DNA of 33,620 bases, taken from positions 1 through 33,620 of the forward strand of contig CAZYKN010000001.1 of assembly GCA_964648135.1 (NCBI GenBank). The letters are read 5' to 3'. The DNA is from an uncultured Flavobacteriaceae bacterium. Its GTDB lineage: Bacteria; Bacteroidota; Bacteroidia; Flavobacteriales; Flavobacteriaceae. The position numbers and the translations under genes are program-made. This document shows positions 8,498 through 18,683 of the stretch, piece by piece (position 1 is the first letter of the stretch; each line of letters opens with the position of its first letter). The notes under the pieces are model-generated. The model was not told the origin of the DNA. It searched no databases and worked only from the letters and a program-made list of their open reading frames with translations.

Positions 8498-10791
8498 TGA
8501 AAAAAATATTTTTTTTAGCTACTATTTTATTCCTGTTAAATGCTTGTCAAAAAACAAAAAACAAAAATATAAATAAAGAACGTATTATTGCTAAAAAGGT
8601 AGATTCTATTCTGTCAATAATGACGCTCAAAGAAAAAATTGGGCAAATGAACCAATACAATGGGTCTTGGGATGTTACAGGTCCTCCTACCGATAAAACT
8701 TCTGAAAAAAAAGTAGCCTATTTAGAACAAGGCTTAGTTGGTGCAATGCTCAATGTAAAAGGTGCAAAAAATGTAAGAGCAGTGCAAAAAATAGTGGTTG
8801 AAAAATCACGATTAGGTATTCCATTAATTATTGGATTTGATGTAATTCACGGCTATAAAACCATAAGTCCTATTCCTTTAGCCGAAGCAGCAAGTTGGGA
8901 TTTAAAAGCCATTAAAAGATCTGCTGAAGTTGCTGCAAAAGAAGCCGCTGCTAGTGGTATAAATTGGACATTCGCACCTATGGTAGATATTTCAAGAGAT
9001 GCTCGTTGGGGTCGTGTAATGGAAGGTGCAGGAGAAGATCCTTTTTTAGGAAGTAAGATTGCAACTGCTAGGGTTAAAGGTTTTCAAGGCGAAGATTTAT
9101 CCAAAGAAAATACCATTACTGCTTGTGCAAAACATTTTGTTGCTTATGGCTTTCCAGAAGCAGGCAAAGAATATAACACCGTTTCGATAGGAAAACCAAC
9201 ACTTTATAATACTATTTTTCCTCCGTTTAAGGCAACGGTAGATGCAGATGTAAAAACATTTATGAATGCTTTTAATGAATTGAACGGTATTCCTGCAACA
9301 GCAAATAAATTTTTGCAAAGAACTATTTTAAAAGGCGATTGGAATTTTAAAGGTTTTGTAGTGTCAGATTGGGGTTCAATTATGGAATTACAACATCACG
9401 GTTACGCAAAGGATAATAAAGAAGCAGCAAAACTTGCCATAAATGCTGGTTCAGATATGGACATGGAATCTAATGCTTACATTGACCATTTAGAAGATTT
9501 GATAAAAGAAGGAAAAGTAAAAAAATCATTAGTTGATGATGCTGTTCGTAGAATTTTAACCGTAAAATATGAATTAGGTTTATTTGATAATCCTTATAAA
9601 TATTGCGATGAAAAACGAGAACAACAAGTTGTAAACAGTAAAGAAATAAATGATGCTGTTTTAGATATGGCAAAAAAATCGATTGTCTTACTTAAAAATA
9701 AACCTATAAAAAATCAAAAATTATTGCCTTTAAAAAAACAAGGTCAAAATATAGCGGTTATCGGTGCTTTAGCAAACGATGATGATAGTATGTTAGGTAA
9801 TTGGCGTATTGGTGCAGATAATCATACTGCTGTAACTGTTCTCGAAGGTTTAAGGCAATATAAAGGCAATAAAATAACGTATAAAAAAGGTGCTGATGTT
9901 GCTCTTGGAAAAACCTTTTTTTATTATGATGTTAAAATAAATAAAACGGACAAAAGTGAGTTTCCACAAGCCATTGCTAGTGCAAAAAATGCCGATGTGG
10001 TTATCATGGTAATAGGTGAACACGGTTTTCAATCAGGTGAAGGAAGAAGTCGAACCAATTTAGATATTCCAGGAGTTCAATTAGATTTGTTAAAGGAAGT
10101 ATATAAAGTGAATAAAAAAATTGTGTTGGTATTAACTAACGGCAGACCACTAACTATTAATTGGTCTAAAGAACATATTCCTGCAATTCTTGACGTATGG
10201 CAATTAGGTACGCAAGCTGGCAATGCCATTGCACAAGTGTTGTATGGCGATTACAATCCGAGTGGTAAACTGCCAATGACTTTTCCTAGAAATGTAGGGC
10301 AAGTCCCAATATATTATAGTCATAAACTTACTGGAAGACCAACTCCTTTACCAGATCCTGCGATGGTTTTTTGGTCTAAATATACCGATGTTGAAAGCAC
10401 TCCACTCTACCCATTTGGCTACGGATTGAGTTATACTTCCTTTGCCTATAAGAATTTAAAATTAGATAAATCAATAATAAAAAAAGAGGGAGAGATAAAG
10501 GTTTCAGTAGAGGTTACTAATACAGGTAATTTTGAAGGCGAAGAAGTTGTGCAACTATACATTCAAGATGTTATAGGTAGTTTAACTCGACCAGTTAGAG
10601 AATTAAAAGGCTTTGAAAAAATTAAGTTAAAAATTGGCGAAACCAAAACCGTTTACTTTACTATAAATGCTGATTTACTCCAGTTTTATACCGCAAATAA
10701 TAAATGGGAAGTTGAACCAGGTGATTTTAATCTTTGGATAGGTACAAACTCAAATGCAACTTTAAAAGCAACTTTTAAAGTGGTTGAGTAA
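8497..10791 (+). CDS. bglX: GH3 beta-glycosidase (BglX-like beta-glucosidase/xylosidase), lipoprotein
   Basis: 764 aa with a lipoprotein signal (LLNAC). It is colinear with E. coli BglX as I remember it: KIGQM, GFDVIHGY, WGRVMEGAGEDPFLG, KHFVAYG, the GFVVSDWGS nucleophile region, YNPSGKLPMTFPR and FGYGLSYT. The ATG overlaps the upstream stop (TAATG). Substrate specificity cannot be inferred. Confidence 0.9.
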   Translation: MKKIFFLATILFLLNACQKTKNKNINKERIIAKKVDSILSIMTLKEKIGQMNQYNGSWDVTGPPTDKTSEKKVAYLEQGLVGAMLNVKGAKNVRAVQKIVVEKSRLGIPLIIGFDVIHGYKTISPIPLAEAASWDLKAIKRSAEVAAKEAAASGINWTFAPMVDISRDARWGRVMEGAGEDPFLGSKIATARVKGFQGEDLSKENTITACAKHFVAYGFPEAGKEYNTVSIGKPTLYNTIFPPFKATVDADVKTFMNAFNELNGIPATANKFLQRTILKGDWNFKGFVVSDWGSIMELQHHGYAKDNKEAAKLAINAGSDMDMESNAYIDHLEDLIKEGKVKKSLVDDAVRRILTVKYELGLFDNPYKYCDEKREQQVVNSKEINDAVLDMAKKSIVLLKNKPIKNQKLLPLKKQGQNIAVIGALANDDDSMLGNWRIGADNHTAVTVLEGLRQYKGNKITYKKGADVALGKTFFYYDVKINKTDKSEFPQAIASAKNADVVIMVIGEHGFQSGEGRSRTNLDIPGVQLDLLKEVYKVNKKIVLVLTNGRPLTINWSKEHIPAILDVWQLGTQAGNAIAQVLYGDYNPSGKLPMTFPRNVGQVPIYYSHKLTGRPTPLPDPAMVFWSKYTDVESTPLYPFGYGLSYTSFAYKNLKLDKSIIKKEGEIKVSVEVTNTGNFEGEEVVQLYIQDVIGSLTRPVRELKGFEKIKLKIGETKTVYFTINADLLQFYTANNKWEVEPGDFNLWIGTNSNATLKATFKVVE

Positions 10792-10812
10792 CTCCATTTA
10801 ATAAACTGAGTC

Positions 10813-10845
10813 GACCTCTCACAGGTTTCTAAAACCTGTGAGGTC
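10813..10845. terminator. Bidirectional terminator hairpin shared by the convergent GH3 (+) and GH88 (-) genes
   Basis: gacctCTcacaggttt / cta / aaacctgtgaggtc forms a 10-bp plus 4-bp stem with a 2-nt bulge. Both sides are T-rich. It lies in the 84-nt gap between two convergent stop codons. Confidence 0.6.
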
Positions 10846-10875
10846 TATTACTATTTTTATTGTTTTAAATACTGG

Positions 10876-12144
10876 TTATTTAACTGTTTTCCATTTACTC
10901 ATTGCTTCCAAAAAGTAATAATCAGCATAATTTATGGGCTTGTCATTTTCTTCGCCTGTATGAATATTTCCAACAGAATGTTTTAAAATAAACCCTTGAT
11001 TTTTACCATATTTAGCTAAATAATCAGCAGAAGAAAGTCGGCGTAAAATACTTTCTGCATAGGCTATCATTTCAGCACGTTTTTCAGGTACATATTGTTG
11101 TAATGTTAATAAAGCCGAAGCGGTGATAGTTGCTGCAGAAGCATCACGAGGCTCGTTTGGTATTTTTGGAGCATCATAATCCCAATACGGTATATGATCT
11201 TTAGGCACTTTTTTACTTGTCATAATATAGTTGGCAATATGTTTTGCTTGGGCTAAAAATGTGCTGTCTTTGGTGTTTTCATAAGTTTGTGTAAAGCCAT
11301 ATAATCCCCAAGCTTGTCCTCTTGCCCAAGAAGTCCAATCTTTATAACCTTGTGCCGTTTGTTTAGATCGTACTTTCCCTGTTTTTGAATCATAATCTAC
11401 AACGTGAAAACTGCTATAATCATCTCTAAAATGATTTTTTAGTGTCGTTTTAGCATGGTTAAAGGCTATTTTATAAAAAGTGGAATCTTTTGAATATTTA
11501 CTAGCTTTAAAAAGTAAATCTAAATTCATCATATTATCAATTATTACAGGTGTATCCCAACCACGTTTAGATATCCAACCCATATCTGGTGTAGTATCCC
11601 AAGATTGAATAGCACCAATAATGGGTCTGTAACGAGTTGCTAATGATTTTGCACCTTTAATAATTACTTTTTTATAAGTATCTTTTTTTGTTAGTTTATA
11701 AGCATTACCGTAACTACTACCTAACATAAAACCAACATCGTGTGTATTTGTTATGTATTTAACAGAATCTAAGATTTCGGTAAATTTTATAGCATTTAAC
11801 TTATTTTTTTTTGTTGGATTATTTTTATATAAATACCACAATGAGCCAGGGAAAAATCCACTTGTCCAATCTCTATAAGGTTTTAACCGTAATTTGCCAT
11901 CTGCTGTTACTCCTCTAGGTTCTAATAGTGGTTTATTATTTTCTATACGATGTATTAAACTGTCGTATTGTTTTTCGGAAAAAGAAAAAATGCGATGAAT
12001 AAGTTCTTTTTTTGTTTCAATTTTTGATGCTGATTTATCATCTTTTTTATCTGTTTTACAAGCAACTATATTTGCTAAAGATATCGCTAGAATTATACAA
12101 ATTTTAATAAATTTCATAGATGTGATCTTGGTTATTTTATACAT
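10876..12144 (-). CDS. GH88 unsaturated glucuronyl hydrolase, lipoprotein
   Basis: 422 aa. GH88-type motifs are RDWTSGFFPGSLWY, WDTPVIIDNMMNLDLLF and WARGQAWGLYGF. An alternative start at ATG 12117 gives the signal MKFIKICIILAISLANIVAC. The longer ORF overlaps the GH78 stop by 13 nt. Confidence 0.88.
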   Translation of the reverse strand: MYKITKITSMKFIKICIILAISLANIVACKTDKKDDKSASKIETKKELIHRIFSFSEKQYDSLIHRIENNKPLLEPRGVTADGKLRLKPYRDWTSGFFPGSLWYLYKNNPTKKNKLNAIKFTEILDSVKYITNTHDVGFMLGSSYGNAYKLTKKDTYKKVIIKGAKSLATRYRPIIGAIQSWDTTPDMGWISKRGWDTPVIIDNMMNLDLLFKASKYSKDSTFYKIAFNHAKTTLKNHFRDDYSSFHVVDYDSKTGKVRSKQTAQGYKDWTSWARGQAWGLYGFTQTYENTKDSTFLAQAKHIANYIMTSKKVPKDHIPYWDYDAPKIPNEPRDASAATITASALLTLQQYVPEKRAEMIAYAESILRRLSSADYLAKYGKNQGFILKHSVGNIHTGEENDKPINYADYYFLEAMSKWKTVK

Positions 12145-14543
12145 TGTTTACCTTCTTTAAGTTGTATTTCTTTTCCTTTATATTTAAATATTCCTGTTGT
12201 TCCTTTTGGTAGTATAATATCACCTAAAACTTTATTTTTATTTAATTTTAAATCTACTTCAATCTTTCCTTTTGGGTGAGGCATTACTGCTTTAAAATAA
12301 TCTAATCCGTTAAAATTAGGAGCAATCATTATTTTATTAAAGTGTTTTGACATTGGTGAAATACCTGCAATAATTTTTAAAAAATGATAATTTGGTGATG
12401 CCGACCAAGCATGACATTCAGATCTTGGTTCTATATCAGTTTCAGCAAAAGTGGTTAAACCTTGATCTAATTGATTAGTCCAATTATTTAATAAACTTAC
12501 ATATTTATCACCCATTCCTACTTTTTGCAACGCATTGAATAGGTAGAATTTATAATAAATGGTGGTTTGTATTAAACTTTTATCGTCCAATATTTTTTGC
12601 ATCATTGCTTTTTGTTCTCTTTTTGGAATTGCATCCGTTAAGATAGCCATAATATTAGTATGTTGTGAAAATTTTTGCTTGTTTGGTGTTTCGGCAAACA
12701 ACCCTTTTTCTTTAACATAACAGTTTTTTAAAACGCTTTCTCGAATTTTTTTTTCGAGTATTTTATATTTATTTGCATCTTCTTTATAACCCAAATCTGA
12801 AAACATATCAGCAGCATATTGTAAAGTTTTTACAAACTGAAGTGCAATTGAGGCAGAATACCCATCATCTGCACCATCAGGAATTCCGTTGTGAAAACCA
12901 GGACTCCAATCGGTAAAATTCCACCATTCCATTTTGGTTGGCATACCAGTTTTATCTACTTTATTAATCCACCAATTTAAAACCGCTTTCATTCCAGGAA
13001 TGTATTTCTTGGTAAATTCAGGATTATCTTTATACATATAATGATCGTGAATCATATTGACCCAAAGCAATGAATAGGTTGGAATAACTTGCACAATATA
13101 AGATGGAAATCGGCTTGCCGTTAATCCACTAGGTAAACGCGAATTATCGAACATTTCAATAGCTTTTTTCATTAATCTATCATCACCATCGACACTTAAA
13201 GACACCATTGCTTCAATTCTAGTATCACCAACATATTGCAACTGCTCATAATATGGATCAATATATCCTTCAACAGCAGAATTACGAAGTGTCAACCAAG
13301 ACGCATTCCAAATTTTAGTAAGGGTTTTATTATTAGTTTCAAATTTGGCATTTTCTTTAAATGGATAAGCAGTATAGACGTTATAATAATCATTAATAGT
13401 TAATGGTTGATCTTTTGTTTGAATATCTAATTGTATAAATCGAAAGGTTTTTTGACCAATAGGTTTAAAGCTTCTGTTTTTTCCTCCATCTGCCTCAATA
13501 ATATCATAATATCCTAAAATATGTTTTCCTTTTACTATATTTCTATTGCCTTTTTTCCAATCTTTATCATACATTGCTTCAGAATAGGTCATTTTTATAG
13601 TACTATTTTTTCCATTAGAAAAATTGATTATAGGATGACCAATAGTATGATGTAAATTATCGATTAAAATACTTGCTTTTGTGTTTGGAGGAATGGTAAG
13701 TTTTCCCGTTCCTTTGATAAAATTTTCATCTTTTTTAATACCAATACTTCGTCTAATACTCCCAAAGCGTTGTTTTGTTTCTTCCATAAACGGAATTGTT
13801 CTTGGCACGAGATACCAAGTACTTCCAAAAAGAAAACCTCTACCAACTGCAAATTCCACTGTCCCTAATTTTGGAGCAAGCCATTTAGAGTCGTCAAAGT
13901 TTTTTTCTTTCCAGCCCCAAGCGTGTTTTTTTGAGATTAATTTTTCTCCAGGTCCTGCTACATAATATCCTCGTAATGAATCGCTAACAAACGGAATACT
14001 TTTAAAACCTGTATCGTTTAAAACTTTCCATTTTGATGCTTTTCCTGTATTCAAATTTACTGCGTTGTTTTTATCGCCTTGTAAAATAAAAGCAGTTTGA
14101 AAGGTCATTGTTGATGCTTTTCGATACTCACCAAAATTAACAACTTCAACGGCGATTACATTTTTGCCAACTTGCAAATTTTTAGCAATATCAAGAGTTT
14201 CGTAACGATAATGATTAATATCTCCTGAGGAAGGTCCAGAAACCAAATATTTACCGTTAATATACAAACGGTAGCGATTGTCAGCAGAAATATAAATAAT
14301 AAATTTTTCTGGTTTAGTTGCTAGATCAAACGTTCTTCGAAATAGAAATTTACGAGAATCTAGCGTTGATTCTGTTGGATGTGTAATCCATTGCGATGTC
14401 CAAGCGTGTTTTAATTTAGTAAACTCTTTACCTTGATAGTTTATTTTTACATTAGATTCTTGAGCAAATATTTGTGTAAACTGTACTACTGTAAATAAGA
14501 TTAGTACGATTAAATTTTGAATTTTAAATTTAGATTTTTTCAT
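12132..14543 (-). CDS. GH78-type alpha-L-rhamnosidase, secreted
   Basis: 803 aa with a Sec signal (QIFAQES). It carries the rhamnosidase N-terminal-domain signature (IYISADNRYRLYINGKYLVSGPS...GKNVIAVEV). A six-hairpin catalytic region is present (ECHAWSASPNYHFLKIIAGI). Its ATG directly abuts the stop of the upstream lyase gene. Confidence 0.8.
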   Translation of the reverse strand: MKKSKFKIQNLIVLILFTVVQFTQIFAQESNVKINYQGKEFTKLKHAWTSQWITHPTESTLDSRKFLFRRTFDLATKPEKFIIYISADNRYRLYINGKYLVSGPSSGDINHYRYETLDIAKNLQVGKNVIAVEVVNFGEYRKASTMTFQTAFILQGDKNNAVNLNTGKASKWKVLNDTGFKSIPFVSDSLRGYYVAGPGEKLISKKHAWGWKEKNFDDSKWLAPKLGTVEFAVGRGFLFGSTWYLVPRTIPFMEETKQRFGSIRRSIGIKKDENFIKGTGKLTIPPNTKASILIDNLHHTIGHPIINFSNGKNSTIKMTYSEAMYDKDWKKGNRNIVKGKHILGYYDIIEADGGKNRSFKPIGQKTFRFIQLDIQTKDQPLTINDYYNVYTAYPFKENAKFETNNKTLTKIWNASWLTLRNSAVEGYIDPYYEQLQYVGDTRIEAMVSLSVDGDDRLMKKAIEMFDNSRLPSGLTASRFPSYIVQVIPTYSLLWVNMIHDHYMYKDNPEFTKKYIPGMKAVLNWWINKVDKTGMPTKMEWWNFTDWSPGFHNGIPDGADDGYSASIALQFVKTLQYAADMFSDLGYKEDANKYKILEKKIRESVLKNCYVKEKGLFAETPNKQKFSQHTNIMAILTDAIPKREQKAMMQKILDDKSLIQTTIYYKFYLFNALQKVGMGDKYVSLLNNWTNQLDQGLTTFAETDIEPRSECHAWSASPNYHFLKIIAGISPMSKHFNKIMIAPNFNGLDYFKAVMPHPKGKIEVDLKLNKNKVLGDIILPKGTTGIFKYKGKEIQLKEGKQCIK

Positions 14544-15383
14544 TTATTCTAAGCCTTTCGGTTTATTTTTAGTTACTTTAAAGTCATCATAATAACAGTA
14601 AACATCATGTTTTGGAGCCCAATCATCACCTTGACCACCATGAAAAGTAGAAAAATAAAATGAGTCTATATCTCCTAAAGGAGCTAAACGGTAACGTACT
14701 TTAGTATCATTTACTACTTTTTTACCATCTACCCAAACTTCCATAACACCATTAAATTTATTGGTATCGTTCATTTTAAGATGTTGCGTAATTCGGTACC
14801 ATTCGCCTGTTTTAAAAACGGAATTCATTTCTACAATATCTCCCCATTTGTGTTTCATATCCATATGATAAAAATAGAGAATAATAGCTCCTTTTTCACG
14901 CCACATATATCTAGCAGACCAACCTTCACCGTGATCTGGATGTATTCCACCTGTATATTTCTCGCCTCCACTTGTTAAACCAGGTAATTTTCCTCCTAAA
15001 GCAAAATCAAATCCTTTAGCAAATTTTAGGTAATAATCTAAATAATATTCATTAAATTTTGGCAATGGTTTATCAAATTGAATACCTCCTTGTTTAGGAC
15101 CAACAGCACCTTTTGGATATTTTACTTTGAGTACTTTACCGTGTTTAGTATCTTGCTCAATGCTTGCTTTATCTTCAACAATTTTCCAAGTTACTTTACC
15201 TACATCTTTTAATAAATTGGCATCTAAATATTTACCTACACTGTCTTTTTCAAAATCTAACTGAAAAACAATATTTGCATTAACTGTCTTGGCTGGTTCT
15301 GTTTTTTTAGTTGTAATAGTTTTTGTTTTACAAGAAACCATCAAAACTAAGAAAACAATAATACTATATTTTAAATTTTTCAT
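14544..15383 (-). CDS. Small jelly-roll polysaccharide-lyase-like lipoprotein (Pfam Polysacc_lyase/PF14099-type; PL13/14/20/28-like clan)
   Basis: 279 aa with a lipoprotein signal (LVLMVSC). Motifs are GGIQFD, LGGKLPGLTSGG, GWSARYMWREKGAIILYFYH and FSTFHGG. I recognise these from the heparinase-I-like lyase superfamily. The family call is from memory of motifs, not from a search. It sits next to GH78 and GH88. Confidence 0.6.
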   Translation of the reverse strand: MKNLKYSIIVFLVLMVSCKTKTITTKKTEPAKTVNANIVFQLDFEKDSVGKYLDANLLKDVGKVTWKIVEDKASIEQDTKHGKVLKVKYPKGAVGPKQGGIQFDKPLPKFNEYYLDYYLKFAKGFDFALGGKLPGLTSGGEKYTGGIHPDHGEGWSARYMWREKGAIILYFYHMDMKHKWGDIVEMNSVFKTGEWYRITQHLKMNDTNKFNGVMEVWVDGKKVVNDTKVRYRLAPLGDIDSFYFSTFHGGQGDDWAPKHDVYCYYDDFKVTKNKPKGLE

Positions 15384-15452
15384 TTTAATTAAATTTGTCT
15401 TAACAAAATTTCACTCATTTTTATAATTTCTTTAATCTTACTTAAAAAAATA

Positions 15453-17570
15453 TTATTTTTCTTTATTTAAATATTTAAACATAAACTTTTTGGTATTTTC
15501 TACTGCTTTTTTAGATTCAGGTAAAAAGTAATGTCCTTGCCAGACATGCCACATACCTTCATAAACATCTAGTTTAACCGTTTTACCTGCATTGTCTAAG
15601 TTACGATACATTCTTATCGCATTACTTAAAAATATTTCTTTACTACCAACTTGAATTAATGTTGGTGGAAATTCTTTAGTAAAATCACCATAAACAGGTG
15701 AAACATACGGATTTTTAAATTCGCTTTTTGGTGCATACGCCAAAGCAGCATTTTCTAAAAAATTTGGATTTATTAAAAGCGGATCATTATCTGCTAAAGT
15801 GTGATAACTATCGCCAATAGCATCAATATCTGACCAAGGAGACCATAAAACAACTGCTGCCGGTAATTTAATACCTAAATCTCTCATTTTTAACACGCTA
15901 CTTGCAGTTAAGCTACCACCAGCAGAATCTCCGTAAATGGCAATATTTTTGGCATCGTATTGTTGTAATAAACCTTTGTAAAATTGAATAACTTCAGCTA
16001 TAATTTTAGAAAATTTTGCTTGTGGTGCTAAGGTATAATCTATTGCAATAATACGCAAACCAGAATTTTCTGCAAGAGGTAGCATGGAAGCAAGAGTTAC
16101 ATCTGCATGTAGAACAACATAAGCACCACCATGAATATAAAAAATAACTTTGTTGCTTTTTTTATAATTTTTAGGTTTAATATCAATAGCTCTAATACCA
16201 CCAATTTTTATGGTGTCTATTTGTGGTTTATAAAAATCTTTTATAGGTTGTAAACCAGAAAGTACCAAACTATCTATATGGTTTTGAAACTTTAGCCATT
16301 CACTATGTGGAGCATCTCCTTTTGGTGTTGATGCTAAATTTCTGTTAGAGCGTTTAAAGGTTTTCATCATTTTTTGTGCTTCAGCAGAAATTGTCTTAGG
16401 TGCGTAAAATTCATCATGTAATGTTGTTAGCTCGTACCTAGTAGTTGGATTGTTTTTGACTAAATTATTACTCTCAGCTTCTAAGGTAACTTCTCCTTTA
16501 TCTGGAACGGTTTTAACTAATACATATTTGTTACCATTGTAATTAATTGTTTTAAAAGATACTCTTTTCTTTTTTTGTGTAGCTTTTATATTAATCCAAT
16601 TATTAGGAATGCGAATTTTTACGGTTAATGGCATATCAAAAATTTCATCTTGCATAGCATCTGTTAAGATATAGGTAATTGTATTTTTTTTATTTTTAGT
16701 TACTTTGAGTTTATGTGTTGCATATTCTTGTGCATATTTTGCTATATTAGGAAAAGTACCAATCCATAATTTATCTTCTTTTTGTTTGAGATAATTTAAA
16801 AATTCATCTGTAATTTTATGTGCTTTATCACTATTTACGTTATGAAAATGAACACTTCCCCAACCTCTGTAATAATTTATATCTTCTAAGGTAGCCGTTT
16901 TGTTTAATAAGGGTAATATATAATGATTTCTAGTACTATCATTTAAATAAATATGAGGATTAGAAATACTTCTAATTTGTTTAAAATCTATTTTATTTGC
17001 AGGATTAAGTAAACCAATAACACCACGACTTGCTATAAAATGTTTAGCAACTTCTTTAATATTACCTTGTCCCCAAGGGTAGGCATAGGTTATACATTTT
17101 TGCTTTTTTATATGTTTATTAACGGTAGAAATAGTCTTTTTTAAACGTTTTCTATATTTTTTTACTGTAGGATTTTTTTGATTTTCTTTAGGATGGTCAT
17201 ACCAATTTTGATCATCGTGAGCTTGTATTGCATTGCCTTGTTCTGCAAGTTCGGCAAAAAGACTCCAATTTTTTACATTCCATTTTTTTTCGGCTTCGGT
17301 AATGACAAACCAAGTGTATTTAAATCCATATTTTTTTTGCATTTTTTTCCAAAAAGGGATGTCTTGTTCGTTATTATCATCAATTGTAATAGTAAATGCA
17401 CTTAACTTATCATCATTCCAAAGGCAAACATTTGCATGGCCAATAATTGGTGACCAAATTTTTTCGGTTAGTTTAAATCTAGTGGCTTGTGGTGTTTCTA
17501 AAATAAATTTATCTTGAGAAAACAATTTTATTGAATATACTATTAAAATTATAAACAGAATTTTTTTCAT
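15453..17570 (-). CDS. Secreted two-domain esterase: N-terminal polysaccharide-deacetylase-like domain fused to C-terminal alpha/beta-hydrolase-fold-3 (HSL-type) esterase
   Basis: 705 aa with a Sec signal. The N-terminal half has a NodB-like DD motif (FTITIDDNN) and a His-rich motif (AIQAHDDQNWYDHP). The C-terminal half has the HGG oxyanion motif (IHGGAYV), the GDSAGG nucleophile elbow and a distal His (MWHVWQ). Confidence 0.75.
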   Translation of the reverse strand: MKKILFIILIVYSIKLFSQDKFILETPQATRFKLTEKIWSPIIGHANVCLWNDDKLSAFTITIDDNNEQDIPFWKKMQKKYGFKYTWFVITEAEKKWNVKNWSLFAELAEQGNAIQAHDDQNWYDHPKENQKNPTVKKYRKRLKKTISTVNKHIKKQKCITYAYPWGQGNIKEVAKHFIASRGVIGLLNPANKIDFKQIRSISNPHIYLNDSTRNHYILPLLNKTATLEDINYYRGWGSVHFHNVNSDKAHKITDEFLNYLKQKEDKLWIGTFPNIAKYAQEYATHKLKVTKNKKNTITYILTDAMQDEIFDMPLTVKIRIPNNWINIKATQKKKRVSFKTINYNGNKYVLVKTVPDKGEVTLEAESNNLVKNNPTTRYELTTLHDEFYAPKTISAEAQKMMKTFKRSNRNLASTPKGDAPHSEWLKFQNHIDSLVLSGLQPIKDFYKPQIDTIKIGGIRAIDIKPKNYKKSNKVIFYIHGGAYVVLHADVTLASMLPLAENSGLRIIAIDYTLAPQAKFSKIIAEVIQFYKGLLQQYDAKNIAIYGDSAGGSLTASSVLKMRDLGIKLPAAVVLWSPWSDIDAIGDSYHTLADNDPLLINPNFLENAALAYAPKSEFKNPYVSPVYGDFTKEFPPTLIQVGSKEIFLSNAIRMYRNLDNAGKTVKLDVYEGMWHVWQGHYFLPESKKAVENTKKFMFKYLNKEK

Positions 17571-17580
17571 AATATTTTTA

Positions 17581-18657
17581 TTAGATAGCGTTTCCTACAC
17601 CAATTATAATTGTAGATAAAATAATTACGGTCAGCCCTAACCATAAAGTTCGCATTGTTTTTTTAGAAACGCCTTTCCATTCTTTAAAGTACAAACCCCA
17701 AAGTGTACTAAAGATAATAATAAATGCCATATGTAAAGTCCAACTTGCAAATTCGTATTTTTTACCTAAAAAAGTAGTTCCCATACCGTAAAAGAAAAAT
17801 TGAAAATACCAAGTTACTCCACCTGCAATGGCCAACAAGTAGTTTTTTGATTTTTTGGGAATAGATTTATCTGTAAAATCACTAAAAGTTTTATTTTTAA
17901 AACTTAAAGAAATAGTCCAAATAAAATTAGTTAAAAAGCCACCCCAAAGTATCCAAACTATAACAGGATTGTTTTGAAATAAATTTTTTGTTCCCAATTT
18001 TAATGCTTCTTCGGCGATTGGTTTTCCTGCTGCCAAACCAAAAGCAAAACAGGCACTTAATATTCCGGAAATAGTAGCTATTATTAATCCTTTAGATAAG
18101 TTAAATTCGGCAACTGCGTCAGTTTGTTGTTCGCTATCTAAGTCTTTTTCTTTAAGCATTCCTGCTTTTCCAGCAATGGCAATCCCAACAAGGCTAATAA
18201 ATACACCTAACAAAACTACTTTACCACCATTTGTAGAAATTAAAGCAGGAAAAGTTCCATTATAAATAGGCGGAATTAATGTGCCAAAAGCTGCGGTAAA
18301 ACCCAAAGCAACTGCCATTCCTAATCCGATGCCTAAATACCGCATAGAAAGCCCAAAAGTTAAAGCACCAATTCCCCAAAGTACACCAAAAAGGAAGGTG
18401 TAAAATTTAGTTATGGTACTTGCGCCATTTAATACTTCAAATAAATTTGGTACGGTAAACCAAGCCATAATAATAGGTGCAAAAACCCAAGCCGCAAAAC
18501 CGAGTATGAGCCAAGAGGTTTCCCATTTCCATTTTTTTATCAGTTTAAATGGTATGTAAAAACTTCCTGCTGCAAACCCGCCAATTGCGTGTAATAATAG
18601 TCCTATTAATGCTCCCATATTTTTAATTTTATTTTTTTTGATGCTATAATTCAACAT
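17581..18657 (-). CDS. rhaT: L-rhamnose/H+ symporter RhaT (DMT superfamily)
   Basis: Polytopic membrane protein colinear with E. coli RhaT (HAIGGFAAGSFYIPFKLIKKWKWETSW; MRYLGIGLGMAVALG). The more likely start is ATG 18618 (MGALIGLLLH...). The ORF-track start 18657 adds 13 residues. Confidence 0.9.
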   Translation of the reverse strand: MLNYSIKKNKIKNMGALIGLLLHAIGGFAAGSFYIPFKLIKKWKWETSWLILGFAAWVFAPIIMAWFTVPNLFEVLNGASTITKFYTFLFGVLWGIGALTFGLSMRYLGIGLGMAVALGFTAAFGTLIPPIYNGTFPALISTNGGKVVLLGVFISLVGIAIAGKAGMLKEKDLDSEQQTDAVAEFNLSKGLIIATISGILSACFAFGLAAGKPIAEEALKLGTKNLFQNNPVIVWILWGGFLTNFIWTISLSFKNKTFSDFTDKSIPKKSKNYLLAIAGGVTWYFQFFFYGMGTTFLGKKYEFASWTLHMAFIIIFSTLWGLYFKEWKGVSKKTMRTLWLGLTVIILSTIIIGVGNAI

Positions 18658-18683
18658 TTTAAATTAAGCATTCTACATTATTT

